This document shows positions 19,194-29,174 of a stretch of 53,640 bases of DNA, piece after piece. A program made the position numbers and the translations under genes. The stretch comes from Candidatus Hadarchaeum sp. Its GTDB lineage: Archaea > Hadarchaeota > Hadarchaeia > Hadarchaeales > Hadarchaeaceae. The stretch spans positions 1 to 53,640 of the forward strand of contig NZ_JBMFOX010000005.1 of assembly GCF_049969415.1 (NCBI RefSeq), given 5' to 3'. The notes under the pieces are model-generated. The model made no database searches. It was not told where the DNA came from and was given only the letters and a program-made list of their open reading frames with translations. The first letter of the stretch is position 1. Each line of letters opens with the position of its first letter.

Positions 19194-20512
19194 CAAACGA
19201 ACTCCGTTATTTTTTTCTGATATAAGGATTGCCTCAGGAGCTGACTGTTCCGGATCCAGTTCTTTAGCGGGATAGTGAGCTTGGCCATGGCGCTGTTCAG
19301 TGCCGCGGTGAAGTTGTCGAACTTCTCGGGCTCGCCCTTCAGCATTTGCCTGATCGACTCCCTCACGTTCCAGACGCCCACCGGCAGGATGTAGCCCGGA
19401 TGGATCTCCCTGAGCACCAGCGCCGCCGCCTGTCTCTTTTCTTGGCACAGCTTCTCCGCAACCGCAAGCCTGCAGGAGTAGTAGCAGCCGCCGACATCCG
19501 GGTAGATGTTTCGGCCCCAATAGCTCTCAAAATCACCCATCATCGCCGGTTCGGGACTGCCCCGGTCCGGATTCCAGGTCGTCCCAGGGAACCAGGCCTC
19601 GATCCACTCAAAGCTCCATTTCTCCGGCATCAGAATGGCGACGTAGCGGCTGTCCAGATAGCTGAATGAGTAGACCCGATACTCATCGATGGTGTCGTTC
19701 TCCTTTATCCGGTTGATGAGCTCTTGGGAGACGATTGAGTCCACAGCGGTGATGCTCCAGCGCGTGGGCACGAGTTTCCTGTTTTTCCCTAAGCCGAACA
19801 TCCCGAGGCTGAACGCCCGCTGGATTCTGGTGACGTAAACCCCGTTGTCGTAGAGTTCCACCACCGCCTCGCTGGCCCTGAGGTCCCGGTCGTAAAAGGC
19901 CCGCTCCAGCCGGCGATCGACCGAGACGTTGGAGGCGTTGAAGGATCTGAGCGGGGCGGAAGGACCAAAGGGTTGAATGTCGCTTCCGAGCGTGAGCACC
20001 CCCTGTGGGATCTTTGCTAGGACCACCTCTGCTTCCACGGGGCTTCTTCCCAGCGCCAGCTCCTGAAGCGAGTCCAGAAGCCGCGTGCCGGTACTTGCCT
20101 CGCTGATGTGGGCCACCGCCTTGCCCCGGATCAGTGAGAACCGGTAGTCGATTATTTCCTGAATCCCTTTTCCCATCCAGAGCTCCGGCGTGTCCAGTAT
20201 CTCGGTGTCCCCCGTAAACGGCGGCACCATCGGCCCGATGAAGACCTTGGGGTAGCCGAGGCGCCCGACGAAGACTCCTGGCGGGGTGGATCCCTGGATG
20301 TGCGGAGAGGTGATGCGCAGAGTGGTTTTTGCCAAGGACTGGGCCTTGGCGATTATCGGGCAGCTAATTTTTCCGCAGAGCCTTCGGCCTCCCTTGCAAA
20401 GCAAACAGAGCGAGCTCCCCCTGACGACCTTGATTTCCTGGAAAGTGGTCAGCTCGTTGACCTGCCGGGGAGAAATTATGTCGCTTAACCAACTACCTAG
20501 TGACCGGGGCAT
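19193..20512 (-). CDS. nreA: Nre-family DNA repair protein
   Basis: N-terminal CLLCKGGRRLCGKISCP Zn site, VFVGRLGYPKV, LVPTRWSITAVD, VGVWNVRE, C-terminal PIP box QKKITEF. Confidence 0.93.
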   Translation of the reverse strand: MPRSLGSWLSDIISPRQVNELTTFQEIKVVRGSSLCLLCKGGRRLCGKISCPIIAKAQSLAKTTLRITSPHIQGSTPPGVFVGRLGYPKVFIGPMVPPFTGDTEILDTPELWMGKGIQEIIDYRFSLIRGKAVAHISEASTGTRLLDSLQELALGRSPVEAEVVLAKIPQGVLTLGSDIQPFGPSAPLRSFNASNVSVDRRLERAFYDRDLRASEAVVELYDNGVYVTRIQRAFSLGMFGLGKNRKLVPTRWSITAVDSIVSQELINRIKENDTIDEYRVYSFSYLDSRYVAILMPEKWSFEWIEAWFPGTTWNPDRGSPEPAMMGDFESYWGRNIYPDVGGCYYSCRLAVAEKLCQEKRQAAALVLREIHPGYILPVGVWNVRESIRQMLKGEPEKFDNFTAALNSAMAKLTIPLKNWIRNSQLLRQSLYQKKITEFV

Positions 20513-20653
20513 GTTTTTAACCCAGTTTTTTCGATTGAAATAGAACCTCATTCTCCCTTTAAAACACTTGCCGTCGCCACCACCTGAGTTCCAATTTCCT
20601 TTTTAAGCGTCACGAACATTGTTTTCTTGTAAGAGAAATTTTTGGCGTTTGGG

Positions 20654-21655
20654 ATGTACGATTTTGAGGAAGAGCGGGTCCGGGAATTTTTGCGGAGAAC
20701 CGGGGCCAAAAGAGCGGCTGTGCAGCTACCGGCAGGTCTCGCCCGTTTTTTGCCTGGGATTAGAAGGCCCTTTGACGAGCTCGGCGTAGAAATGGTGGTT
20801 TTAGCTGGCACCTGCTATGGCGCCTGTGATCTGGCGGATGATACTGCCAGAAAACTGGGCTGCGAGGTGCTGGTCCACTATGGACATGCCGACATGGGGC
20901 TCGGGTCAGCGCTGCCCACTCTTTTCGTGGAAGCCCGAATCAAAGTTGACTTGGTTGACTCCCTCAGGCAGGCCCTTCCCGCGCTTGATTTCAAGCGGGC
21001 CGGCTTGGTTGCCACGGTGCAGCATGTGGGGCAGCTAGAGGAGGTGGTCAGGTTTCTCAGTGCTCAGGGGATTGAGGTGGTGCTGGGCGGGCCGTCATCC
21101 AGGACAAGATACCGCGGCCAGATTCTGGGCTGTGATGTGGGCTGTGCCAAGGCCCTGGCCCCGGTGGTCGATGGCTTCGTTTACATCGGCACCGGTGATT
21201 TTCATCCGCTGGGCGTGGCCCTAGCTACGGGTAAGAAAGTTGTCGCGGTCAATCCGGTTTCAGGAGGCTTCAAGGTTTTTTCGCCGCGGCAGGAGGAGTT
21301 CCTCAAATGGAGAAAGGCTGTGGTGGCCCGGGCGGCTCTGGGTAAAAGTTTCGGCGTCATCGTGAGCACCAAGAAAGGCCAATCCCGTTTCAATCTCGGC
21401 AGAAACATCGTTAAACTGCTGAGACAGGAGGGGAGGCAGGCCCACCTCTTGGCGGTCGACGATGTCTCCCCGGAAGCCGTGGAAAACTTTAACTTCGACG
21501 CCTTGGTCTGCGTCGCCTGTCCGCGCATCCCGATAGACGATGCGGAGCGCTTTGAGCGACCGGTGTTGACACCGTTTGAGGTTTTGGTCATGCTGGGCAA
21601 GGCACCAATCGAGCCCTATCAGTTGGATGAGGTGTCCTTGGAGGACAGAGGATAA
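20654..21655 (+). CDS. dph2: Diphthamide biosynthesis enzyme Dph2
   Basis: CYGACD, HYGH, GQILGC, STKKGQ, ACPRIPIDD. Confidence 0.95.
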   Translation: MYDFEEERVREFLRRTGAKRAAVQLPAGLARFLPGIRRPFDELGVEMVVLAGTCYGACDLADDTARKLGCEVLVHYGHADMGLGSALPTLFVEARIKVDLVDSLRQALPALDFKRAGLVATVQHVGQLEEVVRFLSAQGIEVVLGGPSSRTRYRGQILGCDVGCAKALAPVVDGFVYIGTGDFHPLGVALATGKKVVAVNPVSGGFKVFSPRQEEFLKWRKAVVARAALGKSFGVIVSTKKGQSRFNLGRNIVKLLRQEGRQAHLLAVDDVSPEAVENFNFDALVCVACPRIPIDDAERFERPVLTPFEVLVMLGKAPIEPYQLDEVSLEDRG

Positions 21656-21693
21656 ATCGTTTAAGGGGAGCAATATATTGTTGGTGGGATATC

Positions 21694-22272
21694 ATGCCTG
21701 AAGTAAGCACTGGAGACTTTGTCGTTCCGGGAGACCTCTTGGCTACGGCAGAGGAGTTCGTCCCCGGAAACGGCGCTTATGAGGAGAACGGTAAGATATA
21801 TGCCGCCAACACGGGCGTGGTCTTGGTTGACGCGAGGACGAAGCACATCTCCGTGTTCTCGAAGACGGCCGGAGTGCCTACCTTGAAGAGAGGCGACATC
21901 ATCGTGGGCAGAATTGATGAAGTCAGGGACCAGAACGCCACCGTGGTCATCAGTCGTCTGCGGGGCAGGGAGGATCGAGCCCTGCCGCCCCCAAATGTGG
22001 GATCGATTCACATTTCACAGACGGATACCGGTTACGTCAAGGACCTGAGCCGGGAGTTTCGGGTCGGCGACATCGTGCGGGCCAAGGTCATCAATGCCAA
22101 CCGGGAACCCGTGCAGCTGTCCACGGTCGGCGAGGACCTCGGCGTCATCGTTGCCTTCTGCTCGAGATGCCGGACTCCACTGACCCGCCAGGGCAAGAAA
22201 CTGGTGTGTGAGTCCTGCGGCAACGTTGAGACCAGAAAAATGGCCAACGACTACCGTAAAGGAGTGCTGTGA
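21694..22272 (+). CDS. csl4: Exosome RNA-binding protein Csl4
   Basis: VVPGD..EEF, S1 domain, C-terminal CSRC...CESC Zn ribbon, ETRKMA. Confidence 0.95.
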   Translation: MPEVSTGDFVVPGDLLATAEEFVPGNGAYEENGKIYAANTGVVLVDARTKHISVFSKTAGVPTLKRGDIIVGRIDEVRDQNATVVISRLRGREDRALPPPNVGSIHISQTDTGYVKDLSREFRVGDIVRAKVINANREPVQLSTVGEDLGVIVAFCSRCRTPLTRQGKKLVCESCGNVETRKMANDYRKGVL

Positions 22273-22472
22273 TGGCGAGGACGAAGCGGGTTCTTAACGT
22301 GCCCGTCAAGGACACGGCTGAGATGCTGGACCTCATGAAGAAGCTCGGGACGCTGGCGGCTGACCTGGAGGCGGTTTCTCGGCCCGGGATGGTCAGGATC
22401 GTCCTCCACGGGACCGGCGAGGAGATCAAGGAGCTGAAGGAAAAAATTAAAGATTTCACAAAGGCTAAATAA
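22272..22472 (+). CDS. Small protein between csl4 and rpoL (resembles the DUF2067 N-terminal domain)
   Basis: Start overlaps the csl4 stop; beta-alpha-beta-beta-alpha pattern; sits where DUF2067 genes occur in other archaea. Confidence 0.6.
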   Translation: MARTKRVLNVPVKDTAEMLDLMKKLGTLAADLEAVSRPGMVRIVLHGTGEEIKELKEKIKDFTKAK

Positions 22473-22501
22473 AAGGGATTACAGGTAGTCTGGGTGTGCG
22501 G

Positions 22502-22783
22502 ATGGAGCTTGAGTTGGTCGAGAAGGGGGAGGACAGCATCCTGATAAAGATAATCGGCGAGGATCACACCTTTTGCAACCTGCTGCGGGCGGAGCTGATG
22601 AAGGACGACGACGTGGTTTCCGCGGTCTACACGATCGAGCACCCCCTGACCGAACCGCCCAAGTTTTACCTCAAGGTCAAGGGTGGTAGATCGCCCGAGA
22701 AGGTGCTGATGGGGGCGGCAGATCGTTTAGTCGAGCAGCTGGAGGATCTGAAGAAGCAGCTCCAGAAAGAGCTTAAGAAATAA
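22502..22783 (+). CDS. rpoL: RNA polymerase subunit L (Rpo11)
   Basis: GEDHTFCNLL, YTIEHPL. Confidence 0.96.
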   Translation: MELELVEKGEDSILIKIIGEDHTFCNLLRAELMKDDDVVSAVYTIEHPLTEPPKFYLKVKGGRSPEKVLMGAADRLVEQLEDLKKQLQKELKK

Positions 22784-22808
22784 TGCCGATGTTTCCTTAG
22801 GGCTGGCT

Positions 22809-23414
22809 TTGCGCACGGTTAAATTTTGGCAGATAAAGCCGGAGATCAGGATATTGGGCGTTGACGACGGACCTTTTGAGGCGGACCACCAGGGCAAGGT
22901 CCCGCTGGTGGGCGTCGTCTTCCGGGGAGGGCGCTGGCTCGACGGCGTTATGGTCACCGAGATCGAGAAAGACGGGATGGATGTCACCGACCGTTTGATT
23001 GAGATGCTGGTTCGCAGCCGCCATCTGGGCCAGCTCAGGGTCCTGATGGTCGACGGCGTAACCTTTGCTGGGTTCAACGTGCTGGACGTGAGGCGGGTCT
23101 TCAGGAAAACCAGTTTGCCCGTGGTGGTAATCTCCCGGGAAGTCCCGGTGATGGCGGATATCCGCAAGGCGTTGAGGCATCTTCCGCGGTGGAGGGAGAG
23201 GTGGAGGATCATCAAGGCGACGGGCAGGATTTATCCGGTGGCGACGAAGAGCCAAGGCAGGTCGATATACATACAACCGGTTGGGATTAAGCGGGAGGAT
23301 GCCGAAAGGATCGTGAGGTTGAGCTCGACCCGCAGCCTGGTTCCGGAACCGCTACGGGTGGCTCACCTCATAGCCACGGCAATCGTTCGCGGTGAGAGCT
23401 ATGGCCGGGTCTAG
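22809..23414 (+). CDS. DUF99 protein (endonuclease V-like)
   Basis: RILGVDDGPF, DGxD, DGVTFAGFNV, PEPLRVAHLIA. Confidence 0.92.
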   Translation: MRTVKFWQIKPEIRILGVDDGPFEADHQGKVPLVGVVFRGGRWLDGVMVTEIEKDGMDVTDRLIEMLVRSRHLGQLRVLMVDGVTFAGFNVLDVRRVFRKTSLPVVVISREVPVMADIRKALRHLPRWRERWRIIKATGRIYPVATKSQGRSIYIQPVGIKREDAERIVRLSSTRSLVPEPLRVAHLIATAIVRGESYGRV

Positions 23415-23964
23415 GAAAACACGTCGCTTTTTCAAGAGGGCCAAATCCTCGTTGCGGAATTTTTTGAGGCGCCCCGCGGTTAATGGGACCGTTGAGTTCC
23501 TGCTGATGCTGGGCATCCTTTATTTTGCCTTCACCGGGGCCATGATCCTAATCTTCCGAACGGATTCTTTCTGGAGGGGGGTTACCTCCCAGAGCATGAA
23601 GCATGAGGACGACTATTCCTGGCGCCAGTACTACCTCGAGCGGGGCATTGATACCTCTCAGTTTCCGATTCAAGGCGGCTTTGAGCGGGGGGACCTGTTG
23701 ATCATCCAGGGCGTCAGCTCCTTCTCGGAAATAAAGGTGGGCGATGTCGTCGTCCTGGATCAGGGCAGTGGTGTGATACCGCTGGTGCATCGGGTCGTTG
23801 AGATCTGGTATGAAAACGGATCGCCTAGGTTCACGACCAAGGGTGATGCCAACAGCCGGCCCTTGCCCGTTGAGGTGGCCAACCGCCCTGAGCAAATCTT
23901 GGGCAAGGTGATCTTCGTTATCCCCAAGCTGGGCTACATCTCGTTATGGTTCCAGGGGCAGTGA
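23401..23964 (+). CDS. Signal peptidase I (S26, Sec11-type)
   Basis: TM helix, VTSQSM catalytic Ser, GD, VHRV catalytic His, TKGDAN, IPKLG. Confidence 0.9.
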   Translation: MAGSRKTRRFFKRAKSSLRNFLRRPAVNGTVEFLLMLGILYFAFTGAMILIFRTDSFWRGVTSQSMKHEDDYSWRQYYLERGIDTSQFPIQGGFERGDLLIIQGVSSFSEIKVGDVVVLDQGSGVIPLVHRVVEIWYENGSPRFTTKGDANSRPLPVEVANRPEQILGKVIFVIPKLGYISLWFQGQ

Positions 23965-23968
23965 GAAG

Positions 23969-24358
23969 ATGACGGGTCCGGCCTTGACCGTGGATGTGGT
24001 GATAAAGTTCCGGGGTGGCGTTGTCTTGGTGAGGAGAAAAAACGAACCTTTTAAGGATAAATGGGCCCTCCCCGGAGGCTTTGTGGAGTACGGGGAAAGG
24101 GTCGAGGCGGCTGCGGTGAGGGAGGCCTGGGAGGAGACTGGGCTTCGGGTGAAATTACTGCGGCTGCTCGGCGTTTACTCGGACCCCGACCGGGACCCCC
24201 GCGGCCACACGGTGAGCATCTGTTTTCTGGCCAAGAGGGCGGGAGGGAGGCTCAGGTCGGGCAGCGATGCTAAGGATGTTGGCGTCTTCAGGAAAATCCC
24301 CTGGGAGGAGCTGGCGTTCGACCATGCGCAAATTTTAAAAGACGCTGGGTTCAAGTGA
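23969..24358 (+). CDS. NUDIX hydrolase (ADP-ribose pyrophosphatase-like)
   Basis: GGFVEYGE...[11 protein letters not shown] Nudix box, RDPRGH, LAFDH. Confidence 0.95.
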   Translation: MTGPALTVDVVIKFRGGVVLVRRKNEPFKDKWALPGGFVEYGERVEAAAVREAWEETGLRVKLLRLLGVYSDPDRDPRGHTVSICFLAKRAGGRLRSGSDAKDVGVFRKIPWEELAFDHAQILKDAGFK

Positions 24359-24363
24359 GCTCT

Positions 24364-24690
24364 ATGCAATTTTGTCCCAAATGCGGACGGCTGCTGCTGC
24401 CCAAGAAGGAGAAGGAGCAGGTGGTCTTGGTCTGCAGTTCCTGCGGCCACGTTGTCAGGGAGGAGAAGGTTGAGGGTTATTCCGTGGTCAAAAAAACCGC
24501 GGCATCAGAAGACGTCGTGGTCGTGGAGGAGGAGGCCAAGACGGGCCTGCCCACGGCCAAGGTCCGTTGTCCCGGCTGCGGGAACGACCGTGCCTACTGG
24601 TGGATGAGGCAGACGCGTTCCGCGGATGAACCGACGACACGCTTTTACCGTTGTACGAAGTGTGGAAAAGTGTGGAGGGAATACGCCTAG
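24364..24690 (+). CDS. tfs: Transcription factor S
   Basis: FCPKCG..CxxC N-terminal ribbon; C-terminal QTRSADEPTTRFYRC with the catalytic DE. Confidence 0.95.
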   Translation: MQFCPKCGRLLLPKKEKEQVVLVCSSCGHVVREEKVEGYSVVKKTAASEDVVVVEEEAKTGLPTAKVRCPGCGNDRAYWWMRQTRSADEPTTRFYRCTKCGKVWREYA

Positions 24691-24699
24691 TGGTTTAGT

Positions 24700-25047
24700 A
24701 TGGAAGAGATTCACCAGCGGAGGATGCCCGCCAGGCCGAGGAAGATCTCTGATATCAGGATAGGTGATGAGAGGGTTAGGGTCGTCGGGCTGGTGGTGGA
24801 CAAGAGGGATTCGGAGTTCACCCTGGATGACGGTTCCGGACTTCTCACGGTGATCTTTGACGATCCCGCCGTTGCCAGTGGCATCGAGATCGGCGCCAAG
24901 GTCAGGGTCTTCGGCTCGCCGCTGCTGGTCTCCGGAGCCAAGGAGCTGCACGCGGACATCGTTCAAAGGGTGGACAAACTGGATTTAAATCTTTACAGAG
25001 AAGTTAGACAGGAGGCGGAAAGGCTGGAACGTGAGCTGGGGAGGTAG
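24700..25047 (+). CDS. Small OB-fold protein (replication protein A small subunit-like)
   Basis: RVRVVGLVV..LDDGSG..VRVFG OB pattern plus a C-terminal helix; directly upstream of PCNA. Confidence 0.8.
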   Translation: MEEIHQRRMPARPRKISDIRIGDERVRVVGLVVDKRDSEFTLDDGSGLLTVIFDDPAVASGIEIGAKVRVFGSPLLVSGAKELHADIVQRVDKLDLNLYREVRQEAERLERELGR

Positions 25048-25050
25048 TGC

Positions 25051-25806
25051 ATGGTCAGCGCTAAGATGTCCGATCCCAAGGTCTGGAAGACCTGTGTTGG
25101 GGCCATGGTTAACCTGATCGAGGAGGCGGCTTTCAAGTTTGCCCCCGATGGCGTCAGGATGAAGGCGATGGACCCCTCCCATGTGGCGCTGGTTGATTTT
25201 GAGCTGCCCGCCGCTGCCTTTTCCGAGTATGCGGTCAAGCAGCCGGTGACGCTGGGGATAAATCTGACCGAGATGGACAAGATACTTTCCCGGGCCAAGG
25301 CGGACGACGAGCTGGTCCTAGAACTGGATGAGAAGACGAACCGTCTGGCCGTCGCCTTCAGGGGTGCCTCGACCAGGCGGCTGAGCCTGCCGCTCATCGA
25401 CGTCCGGGAGGCCGAGCTGCAGGAGCCGAAAATACCGTTCACCGCCTCGGCCGAGATCCTCGCCGGGATTATCCAGGATGGGCTCAAGGACGCCGAGCTG
25501 ATCAGCGACAACGTGAGGTTTGAGATAAACGAGGAAGGATTCTTTATCACCGCCGAGGGGGACCGGGGGTCAACTGAGCTCAAGCTCGGCAAGGGCGACA
25601 AGGGGCTGCTCAAGCTCAGCGTCAAGGAGCGGGCCAGGGCCATGTTCAGCATAAAATACCTCACCGACATGACCAAGGCAGCCGGTTCCGCCGAGGTCAT
25701 CAAGATCAGCCTGGGGACCAACCTGCCGATTCAGCTTGACTACCCCATAGCCGCCGGCGTGGGGAAGCTCAGGTTTTTGCTGGCCCCACGCGTTGAGGCC
25801 GAATGA
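25051..25806 (+). CDS. pcn: DNA polymerase sliding clamp PCNA
   Basis: AMDPSHVALV, YL, FLLAPRVE. Confidence 0.97.
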   Translation: MVSAKMSDPKVWKTCVGAMVNLIEEAAFKFAPDGVRMKAMDPSHVALVDFELPAAAFSEYAVKQPVTLGINLTEMDKILSRAKADDELVLELDEKTNRLAVAFRGASTRRLSLPLIDVREAELQEPKIPFTASAEILAGIIQDGLKDAELISDNVRFEINEEGFFITAEGDRGSTELKLGKGDKGLLKLSVKERARAMFSIKYLTDMTKAAGSAEVIKISLGTNLPIQLDYPIAAGVGKLRFLLAPRVEAE

Positions 25807-25853
25807 ACCTGAAAAGTTAAATCCGAGGATGCTGAAGTTAGCCTCAAAGCTGG

Positions 25854-27134
25854 TTGTTGGGGCTGGACTTGATCGCTCCGGAATATTTGGCCGTGCTGGA
25901 TCCATTTGCGGAAGAGGCTAAGCGGATCGTGGAGACATCACCGCCGCTGGAGGCGCTGCCGCCGGAGATAGCGGAAAGGGCCGTCAGGCGGGTGAAGTGG
26001 ACGACCAAGGAGATGCTGGTCGAGCCGAAACTGGACAGCATCCGGGCGGAGGTCCTCTCCTTTTACCTCATGTGTCAGGCGGTGGCCGCGGTTTCCTTTC
26101 CTGGCTCGCCCGAGGTCCGCCTGATTAGCGAGGCGACCCAGAATACGCTCAGATACCGGATGTACGATCTCTTCAAGAGGGGCCAGGTGGACCCCTGCCT
26201 GAAGGCCGTCAAGCGCTCGATAAACTTGGTGGATCTCGAGGTGGGGGAAAACATCAGGGCGGGTGATTTCACCGTACCCCGCGAAGATTTCTACAAAATT
26301 CGTGACCTGAGACTGGCGGAGGATGGACTGGAGACGGTCGATGACAGAATTCTCCCCCAGTATCTGCCGAGATATGCGGTGAGGTGGACCGACCTCGCCC
26401 CGCTGCTCCGGCACCGGCGGAAGGAGTTGACCAAGCTCTATCTAGTTGGCGGCTGGGCGGTGATCACCCCCCGGGATCTGTGGGACCTCTACGCCAACTT
26501 CATCAGCGTGAGGCTGGAGGAATACGTGCAATCGGTCTATGAGAGAATCCTCGAGTCGGGGGCACAGCCGTCGGGAGTTCTCGCCCGCGTGGGTGAGCGG
26601 ATCTCCGCGCTGGTGCCCCGGGAGGTGGTTCTCCGCGAGGGGTTCACCCGGGGGCCCGCGGGCAGGCTTCAGCCCGAGTTCTTCCCTCCCTGCATGAAGC
26701 TGGCGCTGAACGGCGTCGGGTCCGGACTGAGGAACTACGCCATCATGATGATGCTGACGCCTTTTCTTTCCTATGCCCGGGTGGCGCCATCGGGTAAGGT
26801 GGCCACGCGGATGGCGGATTTCATCAAGGATATTTCCGTTGTCCGTGACGAGATCGCCCCGCTTCTGATTGAGGCGGCGGAGAGGTGCAACCCTCCCCTC
26901 TTCAAGGATCAGCCGCAGGAAAGGGCGGGCATTTTCTACCACATGGGGTTCGGGATGACGACCGAGCCCACCCTAGCTGACTCGGGGAGGTCGAAGTGGT
27001 ACCGGCCGCCCAACTGTTCCAAGATCCAGATGTCGGCGCCCTCCCTCTGCCGGCCCGACGAGTTCTGCCGCAAGGTGAAGAACCCGCTGACCTACTACTT
27101 TAGGAAGAAGTATGAGGGGTCGAGAGGGGGATGA
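25854..27134 (+). CDS. priL: DNA primase large subunit
   Basis: LDPF, FFPPCM, GLRN, Y-x-PPNC...C...C..VKNPLTYY Fe-S domain. Confidence 0.92.
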   Translation: MLGLDLIAPEYLAVLDPFAEEAKRIVETSPPLEALPPEIAERAVRRVKWTTKEMLVEPKLDSIRAEVLSFYLMCQAVAAVSFPGSPEVRLISEATQNTLRYRMYDLFKRGQVDPCLKAVKRSINLVDLEVGENIRAGDFTVPREDFYKIRDLRLAEDGLETVDDRILPQYLPRYAVRWTDLAPLLRHRRKELTKLYLVGGWAVITPRDLWDLYANFISVRLEEYVQSVYERILESGAQPSGVLARVGERISALVPREVVLREGFTRGPAGRLQPEFFPPCMKLALNGVGSGLRNYAIMMMLTPFLSYARVAPSGKVATRMADFIKDISVVRDEIAPLLIEAAERCNPPLFKDQPQERAGIFYHMGFGMTTEPTLADSGRSKWYRPPNCSKIQMSAPSLCRPDEFCRKVKNPLTYYFRKKYEGSRGG

Positions 27135-27135
27135 G

Positions 27136-28101
27136 GTGTCCGGGATGATGATGCGCGAGGCAACTCCTGAGGAGCGGCGGAGGTTTTACCAGGAGGAGTG
27201 GGACAGGCGGGAGGTGCCTGATTTCATCCTCCACACCATTTCGATGAGGGAGTTCGGTTTCGACTTGGACGGCCGAGGGCCCAACAACCGCTACAACCAG
27301 TTTTTAACGGTCGACCAGCTGGGCGATTTCCTGAGGAGCCGGGCGCCCTACTCCGCATACGCCAGCGTGGCGCTCTATGGGAGGCCCTCGGCACGAGAGG
27401 GCTGGCTGGGGGCCGAGCTGGCGCTGGACATCGACGCCAAGGACCTGCCGATCAAACCCTGCGGGTGTCCGCCGGGCAGCGTCTGCGAGAGGTGCCTAGA
27501 TGAAGCGAGGCAGGTGGCCAAGCAGTTTGCCGCGGTCCTGGCAGGGGACCTGGGGCTACGGAAGATAAATTTCGTGTATTCGGGGCGGGGCTTCCACGTT
27601 CGGGTCAACGATGAGTCGGTGATGCCGCTGGAGGGAAATGAGCGGGCGCAGATTGTGGACTACGTGACGGGAGGGGTGCTCCCGTCCGACTTCACCATGG
27701 CGCTGGGCTACTCTAAGGTCTTTCGCGAGAGGCTGGAGAGGACCTTCAGCTCCCTGAAACTGGAGGACCTCCTCCAGGTGAAGGGGGTGAAAAAATCGCT
27801 TGCCCAGCGGCTCATCCTGGAGAAGGATCGCGCCCTCGCGATGATCAGGAGAGGCAGGCTGGATGAACTCTCCAGCTTTGAGGGGCTCGGCCCCAAGACC
27901 CTTCGGAATCTTCTGGAATTTCTGACCAAGCTGAACTCTAGTTTCACCGACGGAAAGGTCACGATTGACACCAAGAGAATCCTACGGCTGCCCTCGAGCC
28001 TGCACTCAGGGGTGAGCATGAAGTGCATGGTGGTTCGGGACATTGATCGGTTCCGGCTGGAGGAGGCGGTCCCTAAGTTTCTGAGGGAGGCATCCGGATG
28101 A
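27136..28101 (+). CDS. priS: DNA primase small (catalytic) subunit
   Basis: REFGFD, ELALDIDAKDL, YSGRGFH, DGKVTIDTKRILRLPSSLH. Start approximate (27112-27151). Confidence 0.95.
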   Translation: MSGMMMREATPEERRRFYQEEWDRREVPDFILHTISMREFGFDLDGRGPNNRYNQFLTVDQLGDFLRSRAPYSAYASVALYGRPSAREGWLGAELALDIDAKDLPIKPCGCPPGSVCERCLDEARQVAKQFAAVLAGDLGLRKINFVYSGRGFHVRVNDESVMPLEGNERAQIVDYVTGGVLPSDFTMALGYSKVFRERLERTFSSLKLEDLLQVKGVKKSLAQRLILEKDRALAMIRRGRLDELSSFEGLGPKTLRNLLEFLTKLNSSFTDGKVTIDTKRILRLPSSLHSGVSMKCMVVRDIDRFRLEEAVPKFLREASG

Positions 28102-28652
28102 TCAACTTCTCCTTGGAAGAGCTGGTGAAGGCTTACCGGGAGGAGAAGTCCTCGCGCGAGCTGGCGGAGATCTCCGACGACTTTTACCAGAGCGTTGGCA
28201 GGCACATCTCCAGCCTGAACGCCGAGCTCAGCCGCGCGGACGCCGTGAGAAAGGAGCTGCTTCGCGGGGAGCTGCGCAGCGTCGTTTTCATGGTCGAGGA
28301 GATTCACTTCACCCGCTTGGTCAAGGCCATGGCGGCCATCGCTCGCGGCGAGGCACCCGCACCGCTGATCGAGCGCGAGCGCGATGCCTTCGGTGAGATC
28401 AGGCGGACACTGGAGAGGCTTTACGCCGAGATGGTTCAGCCTGCCATCTCCGGCAAGGTTGAGGTCACCGCGCCGCAGCGGATCACGAACACGCTTTGCA
28501 TCTTGCTGGCTGACTTCCGGGAAAGGATTGTGGGCGCTGACCTGAGAACATACGGGCCCTTCACCAAAGGGGAGATCGCCAGCCTGCCGGCGCTGAATGC
28601 AGAGATCATGGTTAAACACGGCCTAGCGAGGAGGATAACGGTAAAAGCTTAG
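28098..28652 (+). CDS. GINS complex subunit (Gins51/Gins15)
   Basis: Helical A-domain followed by B-domain IVGADLRTYGPFTKGEIASLP..NA; follows priS. Confidence 0.88.
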   Translation: MINFSLEELVKAYREEKSSRELAEISDDFYQSVGRHISSLNAELSRADAVRKELLRGELRSVVFMVEEIHFTRLVKAMAAIARGEAPAPLIERERDAFGEIRRTLERLYAEMVQPAISGKVEVTAPQRITNTLCILLADFRERIVGADLRTYGPFTKGEIASLPALNAEIMVKHGLARRITVKA

Positions 28653-28702
28653 CGCCGATATCCTTTTTGGGAAGAAGTGCGGATGTTTGCGGGGGAAAAG
28701 AG

Positions 28703-28984
28703 ATGATAATACCCAAGAAAATCAGGACTTACTGTCCTTCTTGTAAAAAGCACACCGAGCACAACGTCAGCCAGCTGAAGAAACGAGCGGCGAGGAAGCT
28801 GAGCTGGGGGCAGCGCCAGTTCGCCCGGGTGACCGCGGGCTATGGCAGCCAGCCCCGTTCCGAGCAGAAGAAGTTCTCCAAGACTTCCAAAAAGGTGGTC
28901 TTGATGCTGAAGTGCACCGAATGCAAGAAATCGCACCCCTACAAGGGCTTCCGGAGCAAAGGGGTGAAGTTTGAGGAGGGATAG
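28703..28984 (+). CDS. rpl44e: 50S ribosomal protein L44e
   Basis: [28 protein letters not shown]. Confidence 0.96.
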   Translation: MIIPKKIRTYCPSCKKHTEHNVSQLKKRAARKLSWGQRQFARVTAGYGSQPRSEQKKFSKTSKKVVLMLKCTECKKSHPYKGFRSKGVKFEEG

Positions 28985-28985
28985 C

Positions 28986-29165
28986 TTGGCCGAAAAAAGA
29001 CGCTCCAAGTTCTTAGCGGTCCGCTGCAATGAATGCGGCAATGAGCAGGTGATCTTCAGCCACGCCAGCACCACCGTCAGGTGCCACGTCTGCAGCAACA
29101 CTCTTGCGGTCCCCCGGGGCGGAAAGGCCGAGATCAAGGCGACGGTCGTAGGTGCCGTGGAGTAG
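28986..29165 (+). CDS. rps27e: 30S ribosomal protein S27e
   Basis: [28 protein letters not shown]. Confidence 0.96.
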   Translation: MAEKRRSKFLAVRCNECGNEQVIFSHASTTVRCHVCSNTLAVPRGGKAEIKATVVGAVE

Positions 29166-29174
29166 GGTCTGATT

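Noticed and set aside
19194-19520. N-terminal extensions in the ORF track (radical SAM to 19520; also queD from 37537, peptidase from 41281, tes from 1257)
   Set aside because: They overlap neighbouring genes or promoters, and family homology begins at the downstream starts.
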